IMG/VR virus record: IMGVR_UViG_3300010354_000046
Coordinates: 1 to 64,000 of that record
Strand: one strand, 5' to 3'
DNA length: 64,000 bases
From: a virus
Position 1 is the stretch's first letter; the number at the start of each line of letters is the position of its first letter. The notes beneath the pieces were generated by a model. It saw only the letters and a list, made by a program, of their open reading frames with translations. It did not search any database and was not told the DNA's origin. A program made the translations under genes and the position numbers. Positions 37,729-46,664 of the stretch are shown one piece after another.

Positions 37729-38055
37729 ATGGCCCGTAACCGCAAGATCCGTAGTGATTGCAATTATATCATCTATGAGGCAGTATCTGCTACGGGTGAA
37801 AACTACATTGGCTTGACACGTAAGTCCGAGTCCACTGTCCGCAAGTCGGTGCTAGAGCGTTGGCGTAAGCATCGGAGCCGTGCTCGTAACGAGAACCGCT
37901 TGTGGGCCCTGTATGTCTACTTGAAGACTGGCGGCTTGGACCTCGCTTGGGAACATCGCGTTCTAGAGATCGTACGTGGCCGCCGGGAAGCCTACGCCCG
38001 TGAACGTGAGATTGTCAAGGCTTTGGCACCATCGCTGAACGATCAGTACCTATAA
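37729..38055 (+). CDS. GIY-YIG-like domain protein
   Basis: YIIY...NYIGLT...RW..H...E...LN. Confidence 0.75.
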   Translation: MARNRKIRSDCNYIIYEAVSATGENYIGLTRKSESTVRKSVLERWRKHRSRARNENRLWALYVYLKTGGLDLAWEHRVLEIVRGRREAYAREREIVKALAPSLNDQYL

Positions 38056-38124
38056 CCTTTCGGTTGACATGGGTACTGATTCCTGCTATAATTAAGGCTA
38101 CAGTAAACGAACAAGGAGCGAAAC

Positions 38125-38850
38125 ATGTTCAAATTGCTTTCCACAGCTAATCCCAAAATCCAAAAGGGCACGGCTCACGGCTATCTGTCGTTCATCCTGC
38201 ATCTTGCACCTGCTGACTTGTCGGGCAAGGAAGTCTGCCCTAAGCGGACCAAGGGTTGCACGGACGCCTGCTTGAATACGGCAGGGCGTGGCGGTATGTT
38301 CAAACGTGGTGAAACTACCAACGTGATCCAAAAGGCACGTATTCGCAAGACCCGTTACTTCTTTGAGAACCGTGACGCTTTCATGGCAGATTTGGTTGAG
38401 GACATCATGCGGGCTGTGAACTTTGCACGCCGCAAGGGTTTGACGCCCGTGTTCCGCTTAAATGGTACATCGGACTTGAGCTGGGAGAAGTACCCAGTTC
38501 CCAACCATGGCAAGAACATCTTTGACGCTTTCAGTACACTACAGTTCTACGACTACACCAAGGTCCTGGGCCGTAAGACAAAGGACATCCCCAACTACCA
38601 CTTGACATTCAGTGCCGCAGAGGACAATCAAGAGGATGTGGTTAACGCTATGATCCAGGGCATGAATGTTGCAATGGTATTTGATCGGCTCCCAGAGACT
38701 TACATGGGCAAGCCCGTGTTCAATGCAGATGAAACGGATCTGCGCTTTTTGGATCCCAAAGGTGTTATACTTGGGCTCAAAGCCAAGGGTCGTGCTAAGA
38801 AGGACACTTCGGGCTTCGTGCGCCGTGTGATTGACATCAAGCCCGTTTGA
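38125..38850 (+). CDS. Gp88-like phage protein (Cys-cluster)
   Basis: VCP.RTKGC...CLNTAGRG, FRLNGTSD, FYDYTK. Confidence 0.7.
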   Translation: MFKLLSTANPKIQKGTAHGYLSFILHLAPADLSGKEVCPKRTKGCTDACLNTAGRGGMFKRGETTNVIQKARIRKTRYFFENRDAFMADLVEDIMRAVNFARRKGLTPVFRLNGTSDLSWEKYPVPNHGKNIFDAFSTLQFYDYTKVLGRKTKDIPNYHLTFSAAEDNQEDVVNAMIQGMNVAMVFDRLPETYMGKPVFNADETDLRFLDPKGVILGLKAKGRAKKDTSGFVRRVIDIKPV

Positions 38851-38883
38851 TGCTATACTATAGGCTACAGTAAAGGAGCGACA

Positions 38884-39165
38884 ATGAAACAAGACTATAC
38901 CATGTATATCTACAAGACAGATCGTCGTAAAAAGAGCGGCGAGCGTCTTGTCAGCACTACCGTTTGGCGCGATCGTGACCCGGACAGCATGCGTCGCGAG
39001 TGCAACGAACTCTATGATCTGTACCCTGCGACCAAAGGCTACCGGTTTGAGTACGTGCCTACAATGAAGACGGTCAAGAACTTGATGACAGGTCAAGACA
39101 TTCAGATCCCGCATGATACACCTAGATCGTGCGACCCTAGTTCAGAACTCTATTGGAGCATGTGA
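38884..39165 (+). CDS. Hypothetical protein
   Basis: Ends TPRSCDPSSELYWSM. Confidence 0.75.
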   Translation: MKQDYTMYIYKTDRRKKSGERLVSTTVWRDRDPDSMRRECNELYDLYPATKGYRFEYVPTMKTVKNLMTGQDIQIPHDTPRSCDPSSELYWSM

Positions 39166-39257
39166 TGTGGGAGTTTATTCGATTTTTACAGGTAACCGCC
39201 ATAGTGGCGCTGGGATGGATCATTGCTCTTGTAGCATATCTCCTTAGCCTGTTGTAA
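39165..39257 (+). CDS. Small membrane peptide
   Basis: MWEFIRFLQVTAIVALGWIIALVAYLLSLL. Confidence 0.45.
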   Translation: MWEFIRFLQVTAIVALGWIIALVAYLLSLL

Positions 39258-39303
39258 TAACCTTTCGGTTGACAGGGTTATTGAAAGATGCTATACTATA
39301 GGC

Positions 39304-39410
39304 TAAGTTAAAGAAGCAAGGCGATCCTCAAATGCAAGGACCCACGCGAAAGCAAAAAGGGTCGTAGCCAAGGGATACGAAGCGAGTTTGGAGACTCGGC
39401 CTAAGCAAAC
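39304..39410 (+). ncRNA. Candidate structured leader RNA/ncRNA
   Basis: About 120-nt leader with nested stems and a GAAA tetraloop, unlike the ~25-nt leaders of the other cassettes. Confidence 0.5.
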
Positions 39411-39426
39411 CAAACTAGGAGCAATC

Positions 39427-39702
39427 ATGGACGTCAAGCAAATCAATCAAGCCATCATGTTCGGTACTTGGACTGATGTAGAGATCTCTAGCATGATCGA
39501 CGCTATCAAGTGGGCTCGCGCCAGTATGGCCAAACGTGTCAAGGCCAGCATGGCACTGGGCGATCCTGTCAAGTTCACTAGCCAAAAGACCGGCATGACC
39601 TATGTGGGCAAGGTAGAGAAGATCGCTGTCAAATACGTGACAGTCAACACGGGTGCAGGTCGCTGGAAGGTGCCCGCTAATATGCTACAGCCTGTGGCAT
39701 AA
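39427..39702 (+). CDS. Hypothetical protein with SH3/KOW-like C-terminus
   Basis: GDPVKF...GKVEKIAVKYVTV...WKVPANML. Confidence 0.7.
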   Translation: MDVKQINQAIMFGTWTDVEISSMIDAIKWARASMAKRVKASMALGDPVKFTSQKTGMTYVGKVEKIAVKYVTVNTGAGRWKVPANMLQPVA

Positions 39703-39786
39703 ACGCAACACAACCAAAGACCCTTTGGTTGACTGGGTCTTTGGTTTGTGCTATAATACGTGTATTGTAAAACAAAGGAGCGAACT

Positions 39787-40020
39787 ATGTTACACAATAC
39801 ACTAGCAAAAGCCCGTTTACAGTTTAATAAAAAACTGGAGATGTATAAACTAATCTGTGCATTTAATGTAACAGAGACAAACAAAAAGGGTCAATTAAAA
39901 TTCCCTGTAGAGAAAAAGTGCAATTATGTCTCGGGACATATAGAACTCTCAGAGCTGCCGCGTGTGCTAGACACAGCAAAAAAGGTCTTGCGTACAAACA
40001 ACATCGTAATCGTAGAATAA
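39787..40020 (+). CDS. Hypothetical protein
   Basis: MLHNTLAKARL..., GGAGCGAA RBS. Confidence 0.7.
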   Translation: MLHNTLAKARLQFNKKLEMYKLICAFNVTETNKKGQLKFPVEKKCNYVSGHIELSELPRVLDTAKKVLRTNNIVIVE

Positions 40021-40030
40021 GGAGCAAACA

Positions 40031-40378
40031 ATGCAAACAGTAAAATTTAACGTTGGGGGCGACGGCCTGTGGTCTAAGGTAAAAGGCTCAGTAGAGATTA
40101 CGGACATGCGTCTGGGCTATGTAGACGAATATAGGGACTTTGGAGAGCTGTGCGTGTACTTTAACACCGAACATTGGGACGTTAACGTTGACGGCTTAAT
40201 TTATACAGACAAGACCTTTAGGCAAGACTTGATACAGTTTTGCAAAGAGCATGGACTTGTGGTAGACCTGTGCTACAGCGAGCAGGGTATGCAGGGAGAC
40301 GACTATGTTAGCTTTGACGTGGGTAGGGACTTTATTGCCAGCTGGGACGCTAAGTTTGGAGTCCCCATTGCTGAATAA
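40031..40378 (+). CDS. Hypothetical protein
   Basis: GLIYTD, YSEQGMQG motifs. Confidence 0.75.
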   Translation: MQTVKFNVGGDGLWSKVKGSVEITDMRLGYVDEYRDFGELCVYFNTEHWDVNVDGLIYTDKTFRQDLIQFCKEHGLVVDLCYSEQGMQGDDYVSFDVGRDFIASWDAKFGVPIAE

Positions 40379-40592
40379 TATTTTACAGTGGGCGGGCACA
40401 GCCTGCCTGCTTACCATGTACGTATTAATGTCGTTCTTCCCGAACCTACATCCTTGGAACATTGTCTGCGGAGTACTAGGCGGAGCATGCTATCTAGCAT
40501 GGACTATCCGTGTTGCAAATAAGCCACAGATGCTGGTCAATGCTGTAGCAATAACCATAGGCGCTGTAGGGTTATATCGGGCATGGGCTTGA
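40368..40592 (+). CDS. Small three-TM membrane protein
   Basis: ILQWAGTACLL...PWNIV... Confidence 0.6.
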   Translation: MLNNILQWAGTACLLTMYVLMSFFPNLHPWNIVCGVLGGACYLAWTIRVANKPQMLVNAVAITIGAVGLYRAWA

Positions 40593-40646
40593 CACAGCAG
40601 CCAAAAGGCGCTATAATTAAGGCATAGTAAACAAAAGGAGCGAGCG

Positions 40647-40997
40647 ATGAGTATTACTATTTCTGGCATTGATTTTGTCAAGCCTGGCGAACTGCTCTAC
40701 TCTAATCCCCGTGCTATTGACATTCTCGTGCGTGAGATTGTGTCTAGCATGGCTGAGAGTAGCATTGACCTGATCTGCGATGCTGGGCCCACTGAGTACC
40801 CAAACAAGGCTAGCATTGAGGACTGCCTCACTGGGTGCAGTGAAATGGGTGTGGACTTCGTTGAGGACATGATCAACGAACTGCGCGACAAATTGGTAGC
40901 ACGCCTGCAAGCCGTAAAGGTCAAGCCCGTTGTCAAGGAAATCCACTTCGATGAGAAGGGTTATTCCGATGTCGTGGTTGACATTGAGCTCGTTTGA
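40647..40997 (+). CDS. Hypothetical protein
   Basis: 116 aa cassette gene. Confidence 0.75.
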   Translation: MSITISGIDFVKPGELLYSNPRAIDILVREIVSSMAESSIDLICDAGPTEYPNKASIEDCLTGCSEMGVDFVEDMINELRDKLVARLQAVKVKPVVKEIHFDEKGYSDVVVDIELV

Positions 40998-41035
40998 GCT
41001 TATAATAGAGTTATTGTTTAACAAAGGAGCGAACT

Positions 41036-41305
41036 ATGTCAAACTACCCTAACATGTCCTACTGCATGTGCAACAACACTCTCATGGCCCTGCGCCAAGT
41101 AATGGACGCCATGCAAGAGGAAGGTCCTATGTTCTTGCGTGAAATCAGCAAGGACGAGTACCGCTCTTACCGGGCCCTGTTTGACGCCTGCGAGAGCTTC
41201 CTCACTCTCAGCGAAGAGCTGGAGACTATTGTAGAGGAAGAAGACTACCACGATGGACAGCCCGACGAAGCTCAGGAGTGGCATGACTTCGACCCCGACT
41301 GCTAA
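41036..41305 (+). CDS. Hypothetical protein
   Basis: NMSYCMC.NT; ends DGQPDEAQEWHDFDPDC. Confidence 0.75.
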   Translation: MSNYPNMSYCMCNNTLMALRQVMDAMQEEGPMFLREISKDEYRSYRALFDACESFLTLSEELETIVEEEDYHDGQPDEAQEWHDFDPDC

Positions 41306-41314
41306 GGAGTAGAC

Positions 41315-41545
41315 ATGATCACAGCAGACACACTCAAAGTCCTTACAGGGTTTGGGCCGCAAGGCCTTACTACATTGATTCGTCGTGCAGGCTACAAGGA
41401 GGACACCTTTACGGGTGCAAAGTTCCTGGGCTTGACTAACGGCGGACAGTTCTGCTACCTCTGCACCTACAAGGGCGAGTTCGAGGACACCTGTAAGGTT
41501 TTCCTTACAGTCAACAAGGACGGAACTGTAAGGGCAGAGTACTAA
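41315..41545 (+). CDS. Hypothetical protein
   Basis: FLGLTNGGQFCY motif. Confidence 0.75.
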   Translation: MITADTLKVLTGFGPQGLTTLIRRAGYKEDTFTGAKFLGLTNGGQFCYLCTYKGEFEDTCKVFLTVNKDGTVRAEY

Positions 41546-41615
41546 TACCCGTTCGGTTGACACGGGTATTGATTGATGTTATACTATAGGCACAGTAACA
41601 AAACAGGAGCGTGAA

Positions 41616-42071
41616 ATGGCAACTCGAAGCACTATTGCATTGGAATTCGCAGACGGTACTGTCCAGCAGGTCTACTGCCACTGGGACGGCTACATTGATC
41701 ACAACGGCAAAATTCTGTTTGAGAACTATTCGAATCCCTTTATCCTGCGCGACTTGATTGACATGGGCGACATTAGCTCGCTGGGTCCCAAAGTCGGCAC
41801 CAAGCATCCGTTTAGCCCGCATGGCGATGGCGACAAGGCTGCATACGATGCGGCACAAGAGGCAGGCTACACTACATTCTACGGACGCGACAGAGGCGAA
41901 GACGGAGTGAGTGCTAAGAAGTTCAAAGACTTCGAGGACTACAAAGCCAATCACCAATATGAGGAATATGAGTATATTCTGCGTACCGACGGGCTGTGGT
42001 ATGTGTCGCAATACGGACGCCCCTACGAGCTGCTGTCAGCAGCTCTGCAACGTCAACTGGAGGAAGCATGA
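41616..42071 (+). CDS. Hypothetical phage protein
   Basis: MATRSTI...YCHWDGY motif. Confidence 0.8.
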   Translation: MATRSTIALEFADGTVQQVYCHWDGYIDHNGKILFENYSNPFILRDLIDMGDISSLGPKVGTKHPFSPHGDGDKAAYDAAQEAGYTTFYGRDRGEDGVSAKKFKDFEDYKANHQYEEYEYILRTDGLWYVSQYGRPYELLSAALQRQLEEA

Positions 42072-42283
42072 AAACAGTCCGAGTAGAGACACTTCTAGTC
42101 CAGGAACTCGAAGTTCCTGATGACTGGGAACGAGAGCACGTCTACGACTTCCTTGGAGAGTATCAGAGCTTCCGTACTGCGTTCCAAGGTGTCAGCAACG
42201 AAGATCAAACAGCTAGGATCGTAGACCTTATGGTCCTAGAGGAAACGGTAACTGAACTAGGTGAGGAGGCCTACGATGAGTAA
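42068..42283 (+). CDS. Hypothetical protein
   Basis: MKTVRVETL, GGAGG RBS. Confidence 0.65.
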   Translation: MKTVRVETLLVQELEVPDDWEREHVYDFLGEYQSFRTAFQGVSNEDQTARIVDLMVLEETVTELGEEAYDE

Positions 42284-42452
42284 AATGAGTGAACTGGCAT
42301 ACGACATTGAGCAACTATACATTGAAGGACTCAATGTAGGGCAGATTGCCCGTGAGCTGAATTGTCCCAAAGAGATTGTTCAAGACTGGCTGGCAGATCA
42401 AAGCCTGCGAGAGTTCGAGGATCTCGACCCGTACAACACCGTCAACAGCTAA
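42276..42452 (+). CDS. Small HTH-like protein
   Basis: GLNVGQIARELNCPKEIVQDWL. Confidence 0.6.
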   Translation: MSKMSELAYDIEQLYIEGLNVGQIARELNCPKEIVQDWLADQSLREFEDLDPYNTVNS

Positions 42453-42614
42453 GTTTCGCGGGCCCTATCGCCTGGGTACTCTCTATAGGACCTGTACCCT
42501 GCAACCTGGGCCTGCCACCGCACTCGACCGTTGTATAGATGCAACAACCCTTCGATTGACTTGGGTATTGAAAGATGCTATACTATAGGCTAAGTTAAAC
42601 AAACAGGAGCAGAC

Positions 42615-42824
42615 ATGGAACTTCAACTTCAGAACCCAATGCAAGTTAAGATTGCAGATCTGCTGTGGGTAGCCCAAACCCAGCGCGAAGTCACAGCAAT
42701 CCTTAATACCTTTGGGCACGATGCTCGTGTAGTCTATGAGCTCATGGTTGCCGCTAGTTTTGACAACATCACTGATACCCAGGACGCTGATAGGGTTATT
42801 AAGCGTTTGGTTGACAAGCAGTGA
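42615..42824 (+). CDS. Hypothetical protein
   Basis: 69 aa cassette gene. Confidence 0.7.
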   Translation: MELQLQNPMQVKIADLLWVAQTQREVTAILNTFGHDARVVYELMVAASFDNITDTQDADRVIKRLVDKQ

Positions 42825-42870
42825 TTTTGGTGCTATACTATAGGCTAAGTTAAACAAACAAGGAGCGCAA

Positions 42871-43128
42871 ATGAAAGAGTTGAAAGAGTTCGTGGATCGC
42901 GAGAACAAGTGGAGTGCTATCTTTGGTAGCCCTGCACTGAGCCTGCAGAGTGCGGCAGATCGCAAGAAGATCGCTAACAAGATTGATTCCTGCCTGAGCC
43001 CAGAGAACTTGACCTGCGATGGAGAGATCAGCCATGCAGAAGCCAATCGCAAGTTCCGCTTCCTCACTAAGGCCGCAGAGCAATTGATGAAGTTGGATCC
43101 CTCTGTTGAAATTCACGAATACTACTAA
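42871..43128 (+). CDS. Hypothetical protein
   Basis: LSPENLTCDGE motif. Confidence 0.75.
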   Translation: MKELKEFVDRENKWSAIFGSPALSLQSAADRKKIANKIDSCLSPENLTCDGEISHAEANRKFRFLTKAAEQLMKLDPSVEIHEYY

Positions 43129-43137
43129 GGAGCGAAC

Positions 43138-43719
43138 ATGCCTAATTGGTGCAACAACACAGTCACCCTGCGTCACAAAGATTCTGCGATGGTCCAGCGA
43201 GCCCAAGAGGCACTGGCCAATGGCAGACTTCTGCAGGAGTTCATTCCTTGCCCACAGGACTTGATTGATACTGTAGCAGGCTTCATGGGAGAAGACAAGC
43301 GTGAAGCACACGAAGCACAGCAGAAGCGCAACATTGAGAATCACGGCTATGCCAATTGGTATGACTGGAATGTGGCCAACTGGGGAACCAAATGGGATGT
43401 AGGCGGCGATGACGGCTTGACACAGCGTCTGGATCCTAACACGCTAGAAGCAAGTTTTGACAGCGCATGGGCTCCTCCAGTTAATGCCTACGAGAAGCTC
43501 TGTGCCCTAGGCTTTGAGATTGAAGCATACTACAATGAGCCCGGCATGGCGTTCTGTGGTAAGTGGAGTGGCGACGAAGACGACTACTCGGATGACTATT
43601 ACGAATACGGTGGTGAAACCTCTGCCACTGTGCGAGAAGCAATCGGCGAAGAGCTAGATGACTTCTGGTGTATTTCAGAGGATATGGCCAACTGGGAAGA
43701 AGAAAATGCAGAAGAATAA
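43138..43719 (+). CDS. YubB/DUF1281-like ferredoxin-fold protein
   Basis: MPNWCNN, WYDWNVANWGTKWD, FDSAWAPP, YNEPGMAFCG. Confidence 0.8.
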   Translation: MPNWCNNTVTLRHKDSAMVQRAQEALANGRLLQEFIPCPQDLIDTVAGFMGEDKREAHEAQQKRNIENHGYANWYDWNVANWGTKWDVGGDDGLTQRLDPNTLEASFDSAWAPPVNAYEKLCALGFEIEAYYNEPGMAFCGKWSGDEDDYSDDYYEYGGETSATVREAIGEELDDFWCISEDMANWEEENAEE

Positions 43720-43852
43720 CAGGACTCTTAACCAAGAGCACGAACGCAGGCAAGAAGGGCGGGTGCGCCCCAAACAGCCGGAATACGATTTCAAACCCTT
43801 GGAAGAAGTTATAGCCATTTGGGTGCGGGAAAGGTTAAATACTCCAACATGA
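43706..43852 (+). CDS. Small hypothetical protein
   Basis: MQKNNRTL... Confidence 0.45.
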   Translation: MQKNNRTLNQEHERRQEGRVRPKQPEYDFKPLEEVIAIWVRERLNTPT

Positions 43853-44148
43853 GTAGACTTCAACTATATGGCAGACCTTGGGTTGTCTTTGACGCCCAGA
43901 ACAAGGACCATCGTCGTTGGTTTGCTGAATTCAACAAGAACCTTTCCTGGAAGAACTGCCCTGTGCGCTTCGTGGTAAACGAGGATCACGGTGACTTGAT
44001 TACACAAATTCAACGCTCTCTAATCCAATTTTATGTGGATAAAGAGTTTGGCACTGATGCAGACCCGCATACCCGTACCAAACCGGGTGTTGTAGGAAAA
44101 CAACAGAAAAAGGTTAACCAAAAGAAGCAAAAACCGGTTGACAATTAA
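43849..44148 (+). CDS. Hypothetical protein
   Basis: MSRLQLYGRPWVVFD, TAAATA at 43836. Confidence 0.7.
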   Translation: MSRLQLYGRPWVVFDAQNKDHRRWFAEFNKNLSWKNCPVRFVVNEDHGDLITQIQRSLIQFYVDKEFGTDADPHTRTKPGVVGKQQKKVNQKKQKPVDN

Positions 44149-44227
44149 CCAATTCGAACTTATAATTTAAACATGCTGAAGAATGGTTCTGAGGCATACT
44201 TTTTAAACACACAGAAAGAGGCACATT

Positions 44228-44581
44228 ATGGCTACTGATAAAACTTTTACCGTTGCAGGCGTTTCCAAGCACAAGGGCGAATACAAAGTTCGCTTCGCCA
44301 ATGATATCATGCGTATCAAGAATCTTGATAAGGCAGGTCACGAAGACATCCGTCTCTGTGAACTGGACAAGGCAATGACCAAGTTCGATGCCATCAAGGC
44401 TATTAGTACTATGGCTGAGTTCTCAGACGCGGCTGCACAGAGCTGCATCAGTGAGTATCTTGAGGACAAAGCTCCCAAAGCCAAAACAGCACCTGCGAAG
44501 GTCCCTGCGAAGGCTACACCTAAGGCCAAGGCTACTGCGCCCAAGGCCAAAGTTACCGAGGACGAAGACGCTCCTTTCTAA
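44228..44581 (+). CDS. Hypothetical protein with K/A/P-rich histone-like tail
   Basis: FTVAGVS...KVRFAND; tail KAPKAKTAPAKVPAKATPKAK. Confidence 0.75.
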   Translation: MATDKTFTVAGVSKHKGEYKVRFANDIMRIKNLDKAGHEDIRLCELDKAMTKFDAIKAISTMAEFSDAAAQSCISEYLEDKAPKAKTAPAKVPAKATPKAKATAPKAKVTEDEDAPF

Positions 44582-44585
44582 ACAC

Positions 44586-44607
44586 AGGGGGTGCAATGCC
44601 CCCTTTC
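44586..44607 (+). terminator. Hairpin terminator
   Basis: AGGGGGT-GCAAT-GCCCCT followed by a short T run. Confidence 0.5.
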
Positions 44608-44627
44608 CAATCTAACATATCTATATC

Positions 44628-44816
44628 ATGACCTGGGAACTCTACGAAGTTTGGGCTGTTGATTCTGACGGCCACGAGGATTTGATCGACACCACAAAAG
44701 ATCTTAAGGCAGCAAGGACCATGGCTAGAGCTAATCTAGACGATGATGTCGTTGAATGCATCATTTATCGTGAAAACGAAGACGGAGATTTGGAGATGGT
44801 AGAACGTGTTAGATAA
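44628..44816 (+). CDS. Small acidic hypothetical protein
   Basis: 62 aa. Confidence 0.65.
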   Translation: MTWELYEVWAVDSDGHEDLIDTTKDLKAARTMARANLDDDVVECIIYRENEDGDLEMVERVR

Positions 44817-44826
44817 GTAAAAAACC

Positions 44827-44905
44827 GGGCCGTTAGCTCATGCTTGGTTAGAGCAGTGGACTCATAATCCATTGGTGCTAGGTTCGACTCCTAGACGGCC
44901 CACCA
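44827..44905 (+). tRNA. tRNA with CAT anticodon (Ile2-type or Met)
   Basis: GGGCCGT/ACGGCCC acceptor, CT-CAT-AA loop, GGTTCGACTCC, CCA end. Confidence 0.92.
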
Positions 44906-44908
44906 AAT

Positions 44909-44985
44909 CTGACTGTAGCTCAACTGGATAGAGCAACAGCCTTCTAAGCTGTAGGTCGGGGGTTCGAGTCCCTCCAGTCAGGCCA
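44909..44985 (+). tRNA. tRNA-Arg(TCT)
   Basis: CTGACTG/CAGTCAG acceptor, CT-TCT-AA loop, GGTTCGAGTCC, CCA end. Confidence 0.93.
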
Positions 44986-45097
44986 TTCTGCCCCGCACTC
45001 GCCTGTTGTATAAACGCAACACCAATACCCATTCGGTTGACTTGGGTATTGAATTGTGCTATACTGTGTTCATAGTAAGCAATTAGGAGCGAACCAA

Positions 45098-45382
45098 ATG
45101 GCTAAACTGTTAATCCAAACCCAAGTTTATGAGAACTATGGCTACCGCTGGAAAGCCAAAGGAGGCGGCGACTATGTGGTTAAGAACTTTAAAGACTTCA
45201 ACCGTGTCACAGAGTTCGTCATGGCTCTCCGCAGCCAAGTCGAGCAGGACAACGAATTCTACCGCGAGCACATCATTGGTTGGGAAGTGGTTGCCGACGA
45301 CTACCTTACAGAGTTCGAGCGCGATCAGCTGGAGTACGAGGGCCAGATCCGCTACCCGGCCAACGAGCTGGTTGTAGAATAA
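45098..45382 (+). CDS. Hypothetical protein
   Basis: TQVYENYG..WKAKGG motif. Confidence 0.75.
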   Translation: MAKLLIQTQVYENYGYRWKAKGGGDYVVKNFKDFNRVTEFVMALRSQVEQDNEFYREHIIGWEVVADDYLTEFERDQLEYEGQIRYPANELVVE

Positions 45383-45389
45383 GGAGTAC

Positions 45390-45494
45390 ATGATGCTTGA
45401 AATTCTTATTGCTGTATTGGTTATTGTCATCATTGGCGTGAATATTGCAACGACTGTATCGACTAGGTTTCGCCGGTGGCTCTATAGCAAATAA
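45390..45494 (+). CDS. Small membrane peptide
   Basis: MMLEILIAVLVIVIIGVNIATTVSTRFRRWLYSK, AAGGAG RBS. Confidence 0.55.
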   Translation: MMLEILIAVLVIVIIGVNIATTVSTRFRRWLYSK

Positions 45495-45563
45495 CCTTTC
45501 GGTTGACAGGGTTACCAAAAGACGCTATAATTAAGGCTACAGTAAACAAACAAGGAGCGCAAA

Positions 45564-45803
45564 ATGGGTATGTGGACTACAGACAACCAAGATACAATGA
45601 GCCTGGTGCTCAAGGCATTCAGCGAAGCCGCTCGTGAAAACTATGGTGGTCATGCTTTTGAAGCAGGCTATCTACAGAGTGTGATAGTTAGCCTTGTGCC
45701 ACTCTTGCCCAAGCGGGCTCAGAAGGTCCTGATAGACGACATGGTTCGTGCCGCTAAGAAGCAAGAGCAAGAAGTCAGCAACAAGCAAAAGGAGACTGTA
45801 TGA
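45564..45803 (+). CDS. Hypothetical protein
   Basis: 79 aa cassette gene. Confidence 0.7.
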   Translation: MGMWTTDNQDTMSLVLKAFSEAARENYGGHAFEAGYLQSVIVSLVPLLPKRAQKVLIDDMVRAAKKQEQEVSNKQKETV

Positions 45804-46024
45804 TTAGAGAGCATATTCAGATTGATACCCGCCACGGTGGGCCTTACGATCGTGGATCGGCAGACAGCTACTACCGTCGTGGTCGTAACCCACACTTCTT
45901 CCGTGGTGACAGCTATCAATCCGAGCGTGTCACCTACAAGGACATGACTCCTGACGAGGTTGTGGCCTACAATGCAGGCTACGATGACAACGAAGAATTT
46001 GGTGACTACAAGGAGTGGTTGTGA
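45800..46024 (+). CDS. Hypothetical protein
   Basis: RHGGPYDRGSADSYY.R...PH motif. Confidence 0.75.
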   Translation: MIREHIQIDTRHGGPYDRGSADSYYRRGRNPHFFRGDSYQSERVTYKDMTPDEVVAYNAGYDDNEEFGDYKEWL

Positions 46025-46194
46025 TTTATCCCGAAGACATGACAGCTGAAGACATCATGGAGTTCGAGTACGAATGGGAACGCTACTGCGATTTGGCAGA
46101 TCCCTACAGCCTAGCCAGCATCAATGCTGAGCTTCAATGTGTTGCAGAAACACAACGCCAAAAGACCCTAGAGGTTGACGGGTCTTTCATTTGA
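46021..46194 (+). CDS. Small acidic hypothetical protein
   Basis: GTG start with AAGGAG RBS; MIYPEDMTAEDIMEFEYEW... Confidence 0.55.
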   Translation: MIYPEDMTAEDIMEFEYEWERYCDLADPYSLASINAELQCVAETQRQKTLEVDGSFI

Positions 46195-46236
46195 GTATAT
46201 AATACATACATATTAACACAACAGGGAGCGACCCAA

Positions 46237-46620
46237 ATGACTAAAGTAAACTATGACAAGTTCGCCAGCTTTGACCTGAACGAAGCCTGTGACCATTTTG
46301 ACAGCATGGACCAGCGGGCCTGGAAGAAGATTGGCAAGTTCATCGTTGCAGACGGTCAAGAGTACGTGGATGTCATGGAGAACCACTTTGACTTTGAAGA
46401 CACCGCAGAAGGCGAATACGCGGCCTTTGACGCAGGTGTCCGTTATGCACTAACTAAGATGAACACGGCCCTGGAAGCCGCAGGTATAGACGTACAGATC
46501 TGCGAAGTGGACCTTGTGGAGAGCATGGGCTTTATTATGGTCCGTTGCGATGATGAGCCCGAGGATTTTGTAAAACGAGCCCTAAAAAAGCCTGTCATGA
46601 TGGTTGACAGCTGGGTCTAA
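46237..46620 (+). CDS. Hypothetical protein
   Basis: 127 aa cassette gene. Confidence 0.75.
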   Translation: MTKVNYDKFASFDLNEACDHFDSMDQRAWKKIGKFIVADGQEYVDVMENHFDFEDTAEGEYAAFDAGVRYALTKMNTALEAAGIDVQICEVDLVESMGFIMVRCDDEPEDFVKRALKKPVMMVDSWV

Positions 46621-46664
46621 AGACTGTATAATAAACACTTCAACAACGCAAACAGGAGCGAAAC

